Positions 15,742-31,405 are shown, counted from the first letter of the stretch. The stretch: DNA of 64,000 nucleotides from Eledone cirrhosa (GCA_964016885.1 OZ024740.1:106144001-106208000), one strand, 5' to 3'. Numbers and translations: made by a program. The notes: generated from the letters alone by a model not told the origin.

Positions 15742-16796
15742 TTCATAGTAGTTAGGACGTAGTAGGGTCGGTGTGAATTTAAGACATTTGGAGAGTAAGT
15801 TGATAAGGTTGGGTGTTGGTTCTGCACTAGTAAGATTGATAATTTTTATTAGTATCGGTTTCTCCTCCCTGTCTTGTGTTATTTTGTTTGCCTGTATCTG
15901 TGTGCTGTGTCTAAAAAATGGTTGGGGTAGAGGGGTTGCGTGCTGATGTTAAGTGGTCTCCTGTGTTTGTTATATTCCTTGTTGTTGTAAAATGTGGTTC
16001 GGGTTGGTGGTTGTAGATTGAATGGGGTGTTCCTGTACTGCGAGTATGGGTGTGTGTTTCTATGTGCCATGTTGTATTGTGGTGTTATAGTTGGCCTACG
16101 TTGTTGGTTGTATCGTGTGGTGTGGGTTTGTTGTGTATTGTGGAAGCAAGAGTTGAGAAAATGGAAATTACCTTGCTGTCCCCTTGAAGCGGGGAAGTTG
16201 TTACATCTATCATGGTGGTGGTATATTTTCCCTATGTTTGACGATGAGGCATCCGCGTAGTAGTTGAGTGATTTGGTATGGTGTCTCCTTGAAGGGGGAA
16301 AGTTGTAAATGTCATTCTGGGGGAGATGATTTCTTGGGTTTTTGTTCCTTCTTATGGTAGCGAGGTTGGGAAGTTCATCTTCGGTGTGGTGCTTCCTACT
16401 TCGATTGTTAGTGGCTTGGTGGTTTGAGAAGTTGTTGTGCGGTTCAGTTATGGGTTTACCTATTTGTATGAACGGGTTATTGGAGGTGTAATCCGTTTGA
16501 AAAGTCGATTCATAGTGTAAGAACCAAGCGGCACTTTTTTCCCAGCGTTGAAGGGATTTCAGTTCTTCTCTGTTGCAGTCCCCTTTCCATAATTTGGAGA
16601 TCTTCTCTACTTGGGGCCTTCAGTTTTATTGTTGATTTCCAGGAGGATCTCTTCATCGATGGTTTTGATTGTTTCCTCATTTGTCTGGGCCCTCAGTTGA
16701 AGAAGTTCAATTTCTGTCTTCATTTTTTCCAATGCCATTCTTTCCCTAAGGTGTCTTTGAGGTTCGGGTTCATTTGGAATTGACTTTATTTGTATT

Positions 16797-17243
16797 TTAC
16801 GGGGGGAGAGTTAGAGAGGTTGAGTTAAGCCATTTTTCATATATCTCTGCTTTGTTGTGATTTTGTATCATCTTCCAGAATGAGAACTTTCTGTCTCTGA
16901 GGGATTTGTTCCATTTTGGAATTGTTCGAATTTTCATTTTGTATGAATCAATCTCACATGGTTCTTCGTTGGTTTTTCCTGGGTTGGTAGTATTGAACAT
17001 AGTTTGGATAGTATCGCAAAGGTTTTGGAGTTTATCGCCGATTTCGGAGGGTTTGTATCCGGTGGCGGTTTCCTTATTTGTGGAGTCAAGTTTGTCGACC
17101 AGCAAAGATAGGTTGGTGTTAATTTTCTTGAGTTCCTGTATAATCTCTTCATTTGTGTTGATGAGGGTTGTATCCGTTTGTGTTGGCATTTTCTGTATCT
17201 CGTGTGAGGATATGATAGTTAAAAGAATAGAGGTGTAACACAC
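16797..17243 (-). pseudogene. N-terminal coiled-coil region of the Neptune-type PLE ORF
   Basis: Starts at the edge of the 5' pLTR, on the same strand as the RT. Confidence 0.6.
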
Positions 17244-17685
17244 AAGTTATTATATATTGGTAAACGGAATAGAAAATGCTGACAAATTGTTCACAGTGAA
17301 AAATAGTTTAATTAGGAATAAATGAGAATTAGTAATTGTATTGGTTAGTATTCAGTTTTGGTTTTAAGTTTTACCGGTGCGCATTTCTAAATGCTTTTCA
17401 AAAATAATTTTGAGATAGAGCGTCCGTGATGTTTGCTCTGATCTGATTAGTTTTGGGAATTCTACCTGTTTTTATGTTAAAAAAGTGGCTCCAGCGCTAT
17501 TAAAATTGTTTTTTTGCGCCAATTCGTGCTGCAATTGTTTTGACCACAAGAATTTTTGCAACACAAATTGGCGCAAAAAAACAATTTTAATAGCGCTGGA
17601 GCCACATTTTTAACATAAACTCAGGTAGAATTCCTAAAACTAATTAGATCAGAGCAAACATCACGGACGCTCTATCTCAAAATTA

Positions 17686-17722
17686 TTTTTGAAAAGCATT
17701 TAGAAATGCGCAACCGGTAAAA
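17686..17722 (+). ncRNA. Variant minimal hammerhead motif (U3-A8, GCAA) in the Neptune pLTR; also 12744-12780 and 17369-17404 on minus
   Basis: TTT-TTGAAAA-GCATT tag aAATGC-GCA-ACCGGT-A-AAA, with palindromic helix III and a GUA site. Confidence 0.55.
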
Positions 17723-17840
17723 CATAAAACCAAAACTGAATACTAACCAATACAATTACTAATTCTCATTTATTCCTAATTAAACTATTTTTCACTGTGA
17801 ACAGTTTGTCAGCATTTACTATTCCGTTTACCAATATAGA

Positions 17841-17908
<68 letters not shown>

Positions 17909-18040
17909 ATACTTTGCCAATAAGAAACACAAGCACCAGTTGCTTTCACTTCAATTTATTATAATAAATTTATAAATTTAGGAATTTATAAATTTCCGGT
18001 TGGTTGGTTGGTTCCACAACCAGATGATTGTTTATATATT

Positions 18041-18083
18041 GTCGAAGTTCTTTCGTCACACGTTCTGTGACCTCTTCAGTGAC
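18041..18083 (-). ncRNA. Type I hammerhead ribozyme in the 3' UTR of the Naiad-type PLE
   Basis: GTCA-CTGAAGA-G-GTCAC agaacgt GTGAC-GAA-AGAACT-T-CGAC. Confidence 0.7.
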
Positions 18084-18523
18084 TGGAGATTATTTTCTTT
18101 GTTTTTGTGCCTCTCCTTTATTCTGTCCTACGCCATCTTGTTTTTGTGTGTGTGCTGTGTGCTTAGTTTGCGCATGTGTTACATCCGGGTGTCTGTGTGT
18201 GTTTATATTCGTTTATTTATTTGTTTATTTACATGTTACTGGTTGGTTGTTTGTTCTATGTGCGTGTGTGTTTTCATTTTGTCCTTAATTGTAAGTTGTG
18301 ATGTTACTGTTCCACTCATGTTTTCTATTTAATTTTGGTTGTAATTCATTTATGTTTACTGCCTCTGTGATTTCTCTAAACATTGCGTCTTTTCTGTGTG
18401 TAGATTCTATTTTTATTTCTATGTTCTCTAATCGACCCTTATGTTCTATTTTAGCATGTTGGTAGAGTACAGATGATTCTTTACTATCTTGAAGGTCTCA
18501 CCCGTGTTCATTTATCCGTTCCC

Positions 18524-19880
18524 CTATACTACGAGCTGTCTTTGAAAAGGGTATGTATTGCTAATAAGTGTTTTTATGGAGGTACCTGGTCTTTCTACTA
18601 TCTTAATATTGAGTTTATGTTTATCTAGGGCCCTTCTAAATTTATAAGCTAATTCACCTCTAGAGATTGTATCGATGAACATTACACTCTGGTATTTATT
18701 GATATCATACCATGAGTTTATTCTCTTAGCCTTATTCCTAGTTCTTTCTATTCTATTCCAAAATTTGCTCCTATACAAGGGGCAGGTCCCATTTGTGTCA
18801 TTATTTACCATTTTTTCCCATTTGGTTCTGGCTCCTCTATATACTCTGATTTTTTCTCTCTGATTGTAACCAAAGAGCTGCATACGGTGGATGAAGTGTT
18901 GTATGTGTCTCTCTAGTTCTTCGGGGTTGCACATGCGGGACACGTTTCTCATCACCCGTACCAAATCCGCAATCAGTATGTTGATTTTGGTATGGTCCGA
19001 AACAGCTGAGTTTCGGTGGATCAGATATTTGGAAGTCATGGGTTTGGCATAATGGGAATGGAGGATTTGTTTTTTCTTATTAATGGTATCTAACCAGAGC
19101 TCTGTGTCTAGTACAGGTAATCGATGGTTGGGGTGTTTGCTTGGGTAGTCTATAGTAACTCTAATGCTCTGGTGGATGGAGTTTGCTATTTGCTGGATGC
19201 TTTCCATTGTGCTTTACTCTAATTCCTGACTGTTCTCTAGTGTGGGTGTTTTAACTACGATGTTTATATCATCAACGTGGCGGGAGTACATTATCAGGGT
19301 TAAGGGGTCTTCTAATTGTTCTTTAAGTTTAAGTTTAAGTCTACTGTCCCACCATACCATGAATAGGTTAGCTATGTCGCCTGCAATGCTTACACCAATG
19401 GCTGCTCCCTCCTCTTGGGCATATGTTTTTCCATTAAATTTGAACATATGTTCCTTAAGGGTTAATTTTATGCTGGCCCCCACCGCATGTGCAATCATTT
19501 TCTTTAGTTCATTGTGGATTTCGGGGGTCCGTATGGCTCTTGTATACCCGTTCCATCTATCTGTGTGGGTTGTCTTGGCCATTGAGGTAATGGCAGGTGG
19601 TCTGCCTCTTGCTGGTCTTGTAGGGCACAGGTTGCTAAGGCCATATGTATCGAGATAATTATTACTATAGGTAAGTTTAAGTAGGAGTCCCAGCTCACTG
19701 GTATCAATCCCACGGAATTCAACATTGCTCTCACTGATCATTTCTACGCATTTCTCTACAGCAAAATCCACGTCAATAGATGGATATAGGGTCACAACAT
19801 CCATACTACCTATTATGCAGTTTGTTAGGTCCCTAGATCGGTTACTCACGCCGATTCTGCTGAGGAGGTCCTCCGTGCTG

Positions 19881-19903
<23 letters not shown>
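18524..19903 (-). pseudogene. PLE RT core and thumb (in-frame TAA at 19214-19216)
   Basis: ORFs 19214-19903 and 18524-19207 are in the same frame and carry RT motifs. Confidence 0.85.
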
Positions 19904-22086
<2,183 letters not shown>

Positions 22087-22584
22087 TATATGTATAAATA
22101 TGTGTGCGCGTATGTGTGTATGTGAGCATGTCTGCGTATGTATGCATGTGCGTATGTATGTATTCATGTGCGAGTGTTGTTATGCAAGTACGCGTGTCTG
22201 TGTGTTTATGCTAATTACCCTGGCTTTGAATTCAATTTCAAGATTTCGTGATTACGTCTAACTTACTATTCACTGAATATTTATCAATTTAACCTACCGC
22301 TAATCAGAAAATAAAAATGATATGGGTGGCGTATATTTTCCTTTATGTATACACACACGCATACGCGCCCGCGCACGCAAACACAATTTTATTTATACAT
22401 ATATGTATGTATATAAACATATTCTAATTACCTCGGCTTTAAATGGAATTACCAAATTTCGTGAATACGTATCATTGCATCATCGCTGAATGTCCAGAAA
22501 TTTCAGCTAGTTGCTAATTAAGAAATGAATATTATATAGGTTGCATATAATGTATAACGTTTTTCTATATATACATATAATACA

Positions 22585-22622
<38 letters not shown>

Positions 22623-22626
<4 letters not shown>

Positions 22627-23320
22627 GGAAAAAATGAAACGAAATTTCATTTCCCACTGTTAGTACGGCTGTTACTTAAATATAAGTATGTATACGTACA
22701 TACATATATGTATAAAGACGTACAGTAGTATGTATATATGTATACATACATGCACACACATATATATATATATGTACGTATGGATTAACCAAACATTTAT
22801 TATAATGCTCGGTGTGTTTGTAAACAAACATCCCGTATTAAGCCCTAGTGTCTAGCAACCACCGTTGCTCGTTTGTTCATCACTGACAAAGGAACGCTGT
22901 ACTAGTTTCAAGCTTGTTAGCTATCGTCAGCAACGTATACCTTCCTGCCAGATAGTTGAACGTCCGAAAGTATATACTTTCCTTATGCATATTAACGGCT
23001 GAGTAGCCCAATTTGCATATAGAGTGAGTTAATCGGCCGGGTGCACCGAAATCGATAAACGGAAAAAATGAAACGAAATTTCATTTCCCACCCTTAGTAC
23101 GGCTGTTACTTAAATATAAGTATGTATACGTACATACATATATGTATACAGACTTACAGTAGTATGTATATATATATACATACATGCACACATATATATG
23201 TTTATAATAAATGTTTGGTGAATACATACGTGCAAATATATATATATATGTGTGCATGTATCTATATATATATACATACTACTGTACGACTGTATACATA
23301 TATGTATGTACGTATACATA

Positions 23321-23325
<5 letters not shown>
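22623..23325 (-). mobile_element. Head-to-tail array of the ~430-bp HHR repeat unit (more than one unit), distal part inverted
   Basis: aaacggaaaaaatgaaacgaaatttc recurs at 22623 and 23057; HHR at 22895-22935. Confidence 0.8.
22895..22935 (-). ncRNA. Minimal type I hammerhead ribozyme
   Basis: CGTTG-CTGACGA-T-AGCT aaca AGCT-T-GAA-ACTAGT-A-CAGCG. Confidence 0.85.
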
Positions 23326-23387
<62 letters not shown>

Positions 23388-24148
23388 GTTAAGCCAGTAA
23401 ACAGAAAACAAAAAAAACATGGAAGCGAAGATGCAGTACAAATGTTATTATTAGTTTCACGCTTGAGAGTGGTGGGAACATACATACATTCATATATATA
23501 TATATATATACAATATATTAATAAATGGAAACCATATTTATAAAACCATATTTACTTTATTAAATATAACCTCTCCATATATATATATATATTAAAATAC
23601 TGGAGCGTGTTGGAGTAAAACACCCTCTTCGTATTATAGAAATGACAGTAAAAAGTATAGCTCAATGTAAAACAGAGCCGAAGAATTATGAAAATAATTA
23701 TTTGAAGGCTTCTTTGTTTTATTTTCATAATATTTTCATAATATTTTCATAATATATATATATATATATATTTTTTGTTATATAGTTAAATTTATACATG
23801 TATGAATATGAATATAAATATGCGTACGTAGAATGTATGCATGTATACAAATAAACGAGTTTGCTATTATCCGAAGCCAATGTCATTACACATTTGTATA
23901 AATTTCTGAATGCAAGCGCCCAGTGAATTGATTATGTTGCAGCGAATCGAGTTTTATCTGAAAATATTAGCATTTGTATCTCGTTAAAATAGAAGAAATG
24001 CGTAAGTTAAACATAAGTTACAACAAAACCATTGGCGTAGAATACTAAGTAGCAATATATACCTAGGCATGTTAATTTCGGAACACAGGCACAGACTCAA
24101 ACAAACCCACACGCACACACGTACCGCCATATCTATCTATCTATATAT

Positions 24149-24296
24149 ATAGGAAAATGTTTAACCCCGACGGCAGAGCTCAAGCCGTTTCGACGGCTAT
24201 TTCTGGACCCATTTTCCTATTACCCACTCTACTACCCTAAGTATTGAGTACTCTGGTGCGTTATGGTCCATCTGGTTCCTTACCACACTTCCTTCG

Positions 24297-24298
<2 letters not shown>
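24149..24298. mobile_element. Short PLE-terminal fragment with inverted half-hammerhead
   Basis: Homologous to 38593-38787 and 51252-51447. Confidence 0.65.
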
Positions 24299-24370
<72 letters not shown>

Positions 24371-24480
24371 ATAGGGGTATATATATAGAGAGAGAGCGAG
24401 ATAAATAGATACATACGTACACATACATAAATACATACATACATACATACAATGCATATGTATATGTATGTATGTGTGTT

Positions 24481-24511
<31 letters not shown>

Positions 24512-24515
24512 CTCT

Positions 24516-24560
<45 letters not shown>

Positions 24561-24641
24561 TCTCTCTCTCTCTCTTTCTATGTGCGTGTGTGTGTGTGTT
24601 TGCGTGCGTGCGTTCCGATTACCTTGACAGAAATTGTTTAG

Positions 24642-25030
<389 letters not shown>

Positions 25031-25071
25031 ATTATTATTATTATGTAATAAACAACATAAGGCAATTATTC

Positions 25072-25125
25072 CATTTACCAGTGGTTTCTTAAACGCAAAA
25101 GGTTTTGCTTTCAATCCTCAGAATG
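25072..25125 (-). ncRNA. Type I hammerhead ribozyme (mirror of 31352-31405)
   Basis: CATT-CTGAGGA-long helix II-GAA-ACCACTGGT-A-AATG. Confidence 0.85.
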
Positions 25126-25444
25126 AAAAATCCTGGTTTGTTTATTGAATATGGATTCTAAAAACAAACATGCAATCTATATGAAAGTGAGGCTGGAAAA
25201 GGGAGAAGGAAAGGAAAAATAAAATAAAACTACACATGCAAACACACACAAAAAAACACAAAAGCATACTTACACACACATATACATATATACATATATA
25301 TAAATGTACGCATACACATATACATATACACATATATATATATATATAAAGCGTACACCTACACACACATACACATATATACACACATATACACACACAT
25401 ACACATATATACACACATATACACATACATACATTCATACATAA

Positions 25445-25485
<41 letters not shown>

Positions 25486-25486
25486 T

Positions 25487-25543
<57 letters not shown>

Positions 25544-25963
25544 TATATACACATATACACATACACACACACACACACATGTGTGTGTACAAGCATACAC
25601 ATACACACACACATATATATACACATACATACATTCACACAAACATACAACGTACATACATACACATACATGAATGCACTCCACGACATATTCACACACG
25701 CAAATAAATATAAGAAAAAAATATATATAAATATATATTAACAAATTTTTGACAGCAATACATGCCCCAGCTAACAGGACAGACACGCGTGGTAAGTAAT
25801 ACACACATAAGCACATATACATACGTACGAAATAGTAAACACATACACACACTCTCACACATAAATATACATATACAAATATATAAGCACGTACATACAC
25901 ATACATACACAAACACGTACACGTATATAATATAAACACACACATGTATATGTAATTATATAT

Positions 25964-26036
<73 letters not shown>

Positions 26037-26245
26037 CAAAAATATAAAAATATAAACGCACACACACATATAAATACGTAAACACACATATACATACATA
26101 GCTAAACAATTATACACATGCATACACATACACACACACATATACATGTGTGTATGTGTAAAGCTCAGTATTAGATAAGACAAATGAACCTTACATAAAC
26201 GTATATATAGTAGTAAAGTAATAAAGCCATATAAGGCAATTAATC

Positions 26246-26299
26246 CATTCACCAGAGGTTTCTTAAAAGCAAAAAAAGTTTCCTTCAATCTTCAGAATG
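26246..26299 (-). ncRNA. Type I hammerhead motif, GUG site (mirror of 30214-30267)
   Basis: CATT-CTGAAGA-...-GAA-ACCTCTGGT-G-AATG. Confidence 0.65.
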
Positions 26300-26376
26300 A
26301 AAAAAAGCCTGGATTATCCACATATACATACATATACACACACAAATATACAATTATATACACACATACACACACG

Positions 26377-26436
<60 letters not shown>

Positions 26437-26680
26437 TATACATACACAAACACATACATACACATATACATACATACACATATATATATACACACAAAAA
26501 TACATACACATACACATAGGTATGTGAAGGGCAAAACAAAAAGAATATATGGGGGGGGGCTAAGAGGAGGTAAAAATATAAGGGGAGGTAAGGGAGAAAA
26601 AAATTTTAAATATACAAGAGTACAGAAGGTAGAATCAGCAAAATAAAAACCGTAGCAAAAGTAAAGAGCAGAGAAGGAGT

Positions 26681-27199
26681 TCAAGGCGGTTGATTTATCG
26701 TAGGAGTGTCAATCCAGTTACAGATCAGATGTGATTTCAGATGAGGACAGCATCTGAAGATCTCAGTCTTTGAGTTAAGGCAAGCGTAAGTGGCTCTCAA
26801 GTTTAGCAAAATCCTATACTTTTCTGTGGTACACAAAGAACAATTCTTTGTGCCCCTTTGGTACTCCCTCGAATGGTCTAATATAGACCAATCAATAGAG
26901 TACGGGATATTACTATCCTTGTGATCCCATACCTTACTTGCGAGGGCCGTTGATGTTCGTTTATCTGCGTGTTTAAAAGAAGCGACATGTGAGTAAAATC
27001 TGGTTTTAAACCTGTCCTGGGTCATACCGACATATCGCTCACTTCTGGCTGGCTGGTTGTTGATAACTGGCGTTATCTTAGCCTCATAAGCGACATATTT
27101 TGTGTTACATTTACCCTGCAATGGGCATTCATCCGGCTTCCTGCAACTGCATCCTGGATTTATCCTCGTACGGTTTGAACTGGTGATTTTGGACTTCAT
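26681..27199 (-). CDS. PLE GIY-YIG endonuclease domain
   Basis: CSC..ECPLQGKC, VAY..YVG, FKTRFYSH, CSLCTTEK, LNSKTE, CPH. Confidence 0.88.
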   Translation of the reverse strand: MKSKITSSNRTRINPGCSCRKPDECPLQGKCNTKYVAYEAKITPVINNQPARSERYVGMTQDRFKTRFYSHVASFKHADKRTSTALASKVWDHKDSNIPYSIDWSILDHSREYQRGTKNCSLCTTEKYRILLNLRATYACLNSKTEIFRCCPHLKSHLICNWIDTPTINQPP

Positions 27200-27654
27200 G
27201 GATGGGCAACAAGAGTAGCTGATGTTAACTACATTCCTATTAAAAATCTTATAATATCTATGAATAGGAGGAAAATGTTCTTCTAATAGTTCAAGGAATT
27301 TCCTTCCTACATTAGTTTTGACATTTAGAGAGAAGGGGGGTGTGAACCAAATAATCTTCCTTTTCCTGTTATTATGGTTAGTTTTAGGGGGGGGGGGGAG
27401 TAGGTAAATAAGAAATATTTTCTGTAAAACCGCTGTTCTTAAGGGCTTTATTATAATAAGGGGCGGCTTTATTAAAAATGTCTATAGACGAAGATAAGGT
27501 AGAAATCCTACGGCTAATGTTAGGAATAAGATTATTAAAAACTATAGGGGGATGGCAAGACTCTTTGTGTATATACCTAAGATTTTCATTAGGTTTATGA
27601 TAGGGTTTAAAAGAGGCAGTAAGTAGATCAAGATTAATATCAAGAAAGTTAGCA

Positions 27655-28818
27655 TTAGTAAGGTTCGTATCTATAGTAATTTATAAGGTTAAGATTAGCA
27701 AAAGTACTAATTAAATCTTTACGGAATTTATCAAGATTATGGCCGTTGGTGGTATGAGAAACTGCTAATCCGTCATCACGGTATAAACCGATATTATGGG
27801 ACGGAAATTTCTCTTTGAGTGTGTGGAGAAGGAATAATCCTACTAAGTCGCACACATCCGCACTGTCATAGGAACCCATTGCAACATCGAAAGAGTTTTC
27901 AGGGTTTGACTTTTTAACCCAAATATTATCATTAGTAAAAAGTAAAGTTTTTCTAGCATGAAAGATAATGTCCTCTTCTAATTTGGAGATATTAATGAAG
28001 GGTCTTGCAAAATCTAAGGCTTTAGTTAATAAGGAAACAGTAATAGAAGGGTAAAAATCGACAATATCAAATTGGGTAAATCTACACTTATTTTTACCTT
28101 GTATATTATTGAACCAAGAAATAACAGAGGAAGTATTTAGCCACTGTGAAAGGACAGTGTTAGTTCTAATTTGGAGAATTATTTTTTTTAAGATTTTCTT
28201 ACTAGCAAGGCCAACCTCGGATTTAGCCGGGTTAATCAGTCTACAACTAGGTCGATTAGTAAAGTCCAATTTATGGTCTTTAAGGGTAATATATACTTTA
28301 CGCTTAGCTAAGCTTTCAATCCGGTTATCTATTTGTAAAGAACTAGCTAGTTCTTTAGCTTCTTTATTAATAGTATTGTAGCTATTATTATTAGTTAATT
28401 GATATTTATTGGTAATACTATTAGTTAAAAGTTGGTTATACAAATTACTATTAACTTCAAAGAGGTTTTTAGTTTTATCAGAAAGAACGAAAGTGTTTGT
28501 AGAATTTCTAAAATTAGAGATATCGTTAGAAAGTTTAGTTTGAAAATTATTATTGTACTTACGAAATTTGATATCACTAATTAGATTAACGAGGTCTAAT
28601 TCGAAGTTGGTCATGTCTTTAATTCTAGGTGGATATTTACGGGATTTAATGTCAAAATAATCTTTAGTATCAGCACTGAATAGTCCATCGTAAACCATTG
28701 CCTTCCATCTCATTCTTTTAACGACTTGTTCGATTTTATCAATGAGGATTTTGGTGTATGTTGTGTTGGAAGGAGTGGGTATGTTTTTGATAGAATAATC
28801 CAAATCATAAAGGTCCAT
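27655..28818 (-). CDS. PLE reverse transcriptase (frameshift near 27680 separates it from thumb and endonuclease)
   Basis: YSIKNIP, KRMRWKA, SDKT, ITLKDHK, RLINPAKS, FDIVDFYPSI, AMGSYD, GLYRDD. Confidence 0.9.
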   Translation of the reverse strand: MDLYDLDYSIKNIPTPSNTTYTKILIDKIEQVVKRMRWKAMVYDGLFSADTKDYFDIKSRKYPPRIKDMTNFELDLVNLISDIKFRKYNNNFQTKLSNDISNFRNSTNTFVLSDKTKNLFEVNSNLYNQLLTNSITNKYQLTNNNSYNTINKEAKELASSLQIDNRIESLAKRKVYITLKDHKLDFTNRPSCRLINPAKSEVGLASKKILKKIILQIRTNTVLSQWLNTSSVISWFNNIQGKNKCRFTQFDIVDFYPSITVSLLTKALDFARPFINISKLEEDIIFHARKTLLFTNDNIWVKKSNPENSFDVAMGSYDSADVCDLVGLFLLHTLKEKFPSHNIGLYRDDGLAVSHTTNGHNLDKFRKDLISTFANLNLINYYRYEPY

Positions 28819-28916
28819 GGTGTATGTTGGTTAAATTCCTGAAAACTGTAGAGTGCTCAACTAATCGGGCTGGAAAGTGCCAATCGTATATGTAATATAG
28901 AATATGCTGCGATCAA

Positions 28917-29837
28917 CCCTATCATAAACCTAATGAAAATCTTAGGTATATACACAAAGAGTCTTGCCATCCCCCTATAGTTTTTAATAATCTTATTCCT
29001 AACATTAGCCGTAGGATTTCTGCCTTATCTTCGTCTATAGACATTTTTAATAAAGCCGCCCCTTATTATAATAAAGCCCTTAAGAACAGCGGTTTTACAG
29101 AAAATATTTCTTATTTACCTACTCCCCCCCCTAAAACTAACCATAATAACAGGAAAAGGAAGATTATTTGGTTCACACCCCCCTTCTCTCTAAATGTCAA
29201 AACTAATGTAGGAAGGAAATTCCTTGAACTATTAGACAAACATTTTCCTCCTATTCATAGATATTATAAGATTTTTAATAGGAATGTAGTTAAGATCAGC
29301 TACTCTTGTTGCCCATCCATGAAGTCCAAAATCACCAGTTCAAACCGTACGAGGATAAATCCAGGATGCAGTTGCAGGAAGCCGGATGAATGCCCATTGC
29401 AGGGTAAATGTAACACAAAATATGTCGCTTATGAGGCTAAGATAACGCCAGTTATCAACAACCAGCCAGCCAGAAGTGAGCGATATGTCGGTATGACCCA
29501 GGACAGGTTTAAAACCAGATTTTACTCACATGTCGCTTCTTTTAAACACGCAGATAAACGAACATCAACGGCCCTCGCAAGTAAGGTATGGGATCTCAAG
29601 GATAGTAATATCCCGTACTCTATTGATTGGTCTATATTAGACCATTCGAGGGAGTACCAAAGGGGCACAAAGAATTGTTCTTTGTGTACCACAGAAAAGT
29701 ATAGGATTTTGCTAAACTTGAGAGCCACTTACGCTTGCCTTAACTCAAAGACTGAGATCTTCAGATGCTGTCCTCATCTGAAATCACATCTGATCTGTAA
29801 CTGGATTGACACTCCTACGATAAATCAACCGCCTTGA
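28917..29837 (+). CDS. 5'-truncated inverted copy of PLE thumb and GIY-YIG domains
   Basis: Open frame PYHKPNENLRYIHKESCHPP...IIWFTPPFS...MKSKITSSN...; the 172-aa ORF differs from 26681-27199 by one residue (H/L). Confidence 0.85.
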   Translation, partial: PYHKPNENLRYIHKESCHPPIVFNNLIPNISRRISALSSSIDIFNKAAPYYNKALKNSGFTENISYLPTPPPKTNHNNRKRKIIWFTPPFSLNVKTNVGRKFLELLDKHFPPIHRYYKIFNRNVVKISYSCCPSMKSKITSSNRTRINPGCSCRKPDECPLQGKCNTKYVAYEAKITPVINNQPARSERYVGMTQDRFKTRFYSHVASFKHADKRTSTALASKVWDLKDSNIPYSIDWSILDHSREYQRGTKNCSLCTTEKYRILLNLRATYACLNSKTEIFRCCPHLKSHLICNWIDTPTINQPP

Positions 29838-30213
29838 ACTCCTTCTCTGCTCTTTACTTTTGCTACGGTTTTTATTTTGCTGATTCTACCTTCTGTACTC
29901 TTGTATATTTAAAATTTTTTTCTCCCTTACCTCCCCTTATATTTTTACCTCCTCTTAGCCCCCCCCCCATATATTCTTTTTGTTTTGCCCTTCACATACC
30001 TATGTGTATGTGTATGTATTTTTGTGTGTATATATATATGTGTATGTATGTATATGTGTATGTATGTATATGTGTATGTATGTGTTTGTGTATGTATATA
30101 TATATATATATATATATAATTGTGTGTGTGTGTGTGCGTGTGTGTATGTGTGTATATAATTGTATATTTGTGTGTGTATATGTATGTATATGTGGATAAT
30201 CCAGGCTTTTTTT

Positions 30214-30267
30214 CATTCTGAAGATTGAAGGAAACTTTTTTTGCTTTTAAGAAACCTCTGGTGAATG
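30214..30267 (+). ncRNA. Type I hammerhead motif with non-canonical GUG cleavage triplet
   Basis: CATT-CTGAAGA-TTGAAG..CTTTTAA-GAA-ACCTCTGGT-G-AATG. Confidence 0.65.
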
Positions 30268-30480
30268 GATTAATTGCCTTGTATGGCTTTATTACTTTAC
30301 TACTATATATACGTTTATGTAAGGTTCATTTGTCTTATCTAATACTGAGCTTTACACATACACACATGTATATGTGTGTGTGTATGTGTATGCATGTGTA
30401 TAATTGTTTAGCTATGTATGTATATGTGTGTTTACGTATTTATATGTGTGTGTGCGTTTATATTTTTATATTTTTGTATG

Positions 30481-30523
<43 letters not shown>

Positions 30524-30907
30524 ATATATAATTACATATACATGTGTGTGTTTATATTATATACGTGTACGTGTTTGTGTATGTATGTGTATGTACGTGT
30601 TTATATATTTGTATATGTATATTTATGTGTGAGAGTGTGTGTATGTGTTTACTATTTCGTACGTATGTATATGTGCTTTTGTGTGTATTACTTACCACGC
30701 GTGTCTGTCCTGTTAGCTGGGGCATGTATCGCTGTCAAAAATTTGTTAATATATATTTATATATATTTTTTTCTTATATTTATTTGCGTGTGTGAATATG
30801 TAGTGGAGTGCATTCATGTATGTGTATGTATGTACGTTGTATGTTTGTGTGAATGTATGTATGTGTATATATATGTGTGTGTGTATGTGTATGCTTGTAC
30901 ACACACA

Positions 30908-30993
<86 letters not shown>

Positions 30994-31351
30994 TGTATAT
31001 ATATGTGTGTGCGTATGTGTGTGTGTGTGTGTGTATGTGTGGGTGTGTGTGTGTGTGTGTGTATGTATGAATGTATGTATGTGTATATGTGTGTATATAT
31101 GTGTATGTGTGTGTAGGTGTACGCTTTATATATATATATATATATGTGTATATGTATATGTGTATGCGTACATTTATATATATGTATATATGTATATGTG
31201 TGTGTAAGTATGCTTTTGTCTTTTTTTGTGTGTGTTTGCATGTGTAGTTTTATTTTATTTTTCCTTTCCTTCTCCCTTTTCCAGCCTCACTTTCATATAG
31301 ATTGAATTTTTGTTTTTAGAATCCATATTCAATAAACAAACCAGGATTTTT

Positions 31352-31405
31352 CATTCTGAGGATTGAAAGCAAAACCTTTTGCTTTTAAGAAACCACTGGT
31401 AAATG
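31352..31405 (+). ncRNA. Type I hammerhead ribozyme
   Basis: CATT-CTGAGGA-TTGAAAGCAAAA..TTTTGCTTTTAA-GAA-ACCACTGGT-A-AATG; canonical core, GUA site. Confidence 0.88.

Larger units (their letters stand above)
12591..17838 (-). mobile_element. Penelope-like element, Neptune-type, full length with direct and inverted pseudo-LTRs; frameshifted
   Basis: pLTR at 12591-12932 is repeated at 17216-17535 and inverted at ~17534-17838; fragmented RT and GIY-YIG ORF lies between them. Confidence 0.9.

Noticed and set aside
17905-18300. SECIS element in the Naiad-type 3' UTR
   Set aside because: No convincing RUGA/GA quartet stem seen by eye; the internal stop at 19214 is TAA and the TGA at 19881 reflects a frameshift
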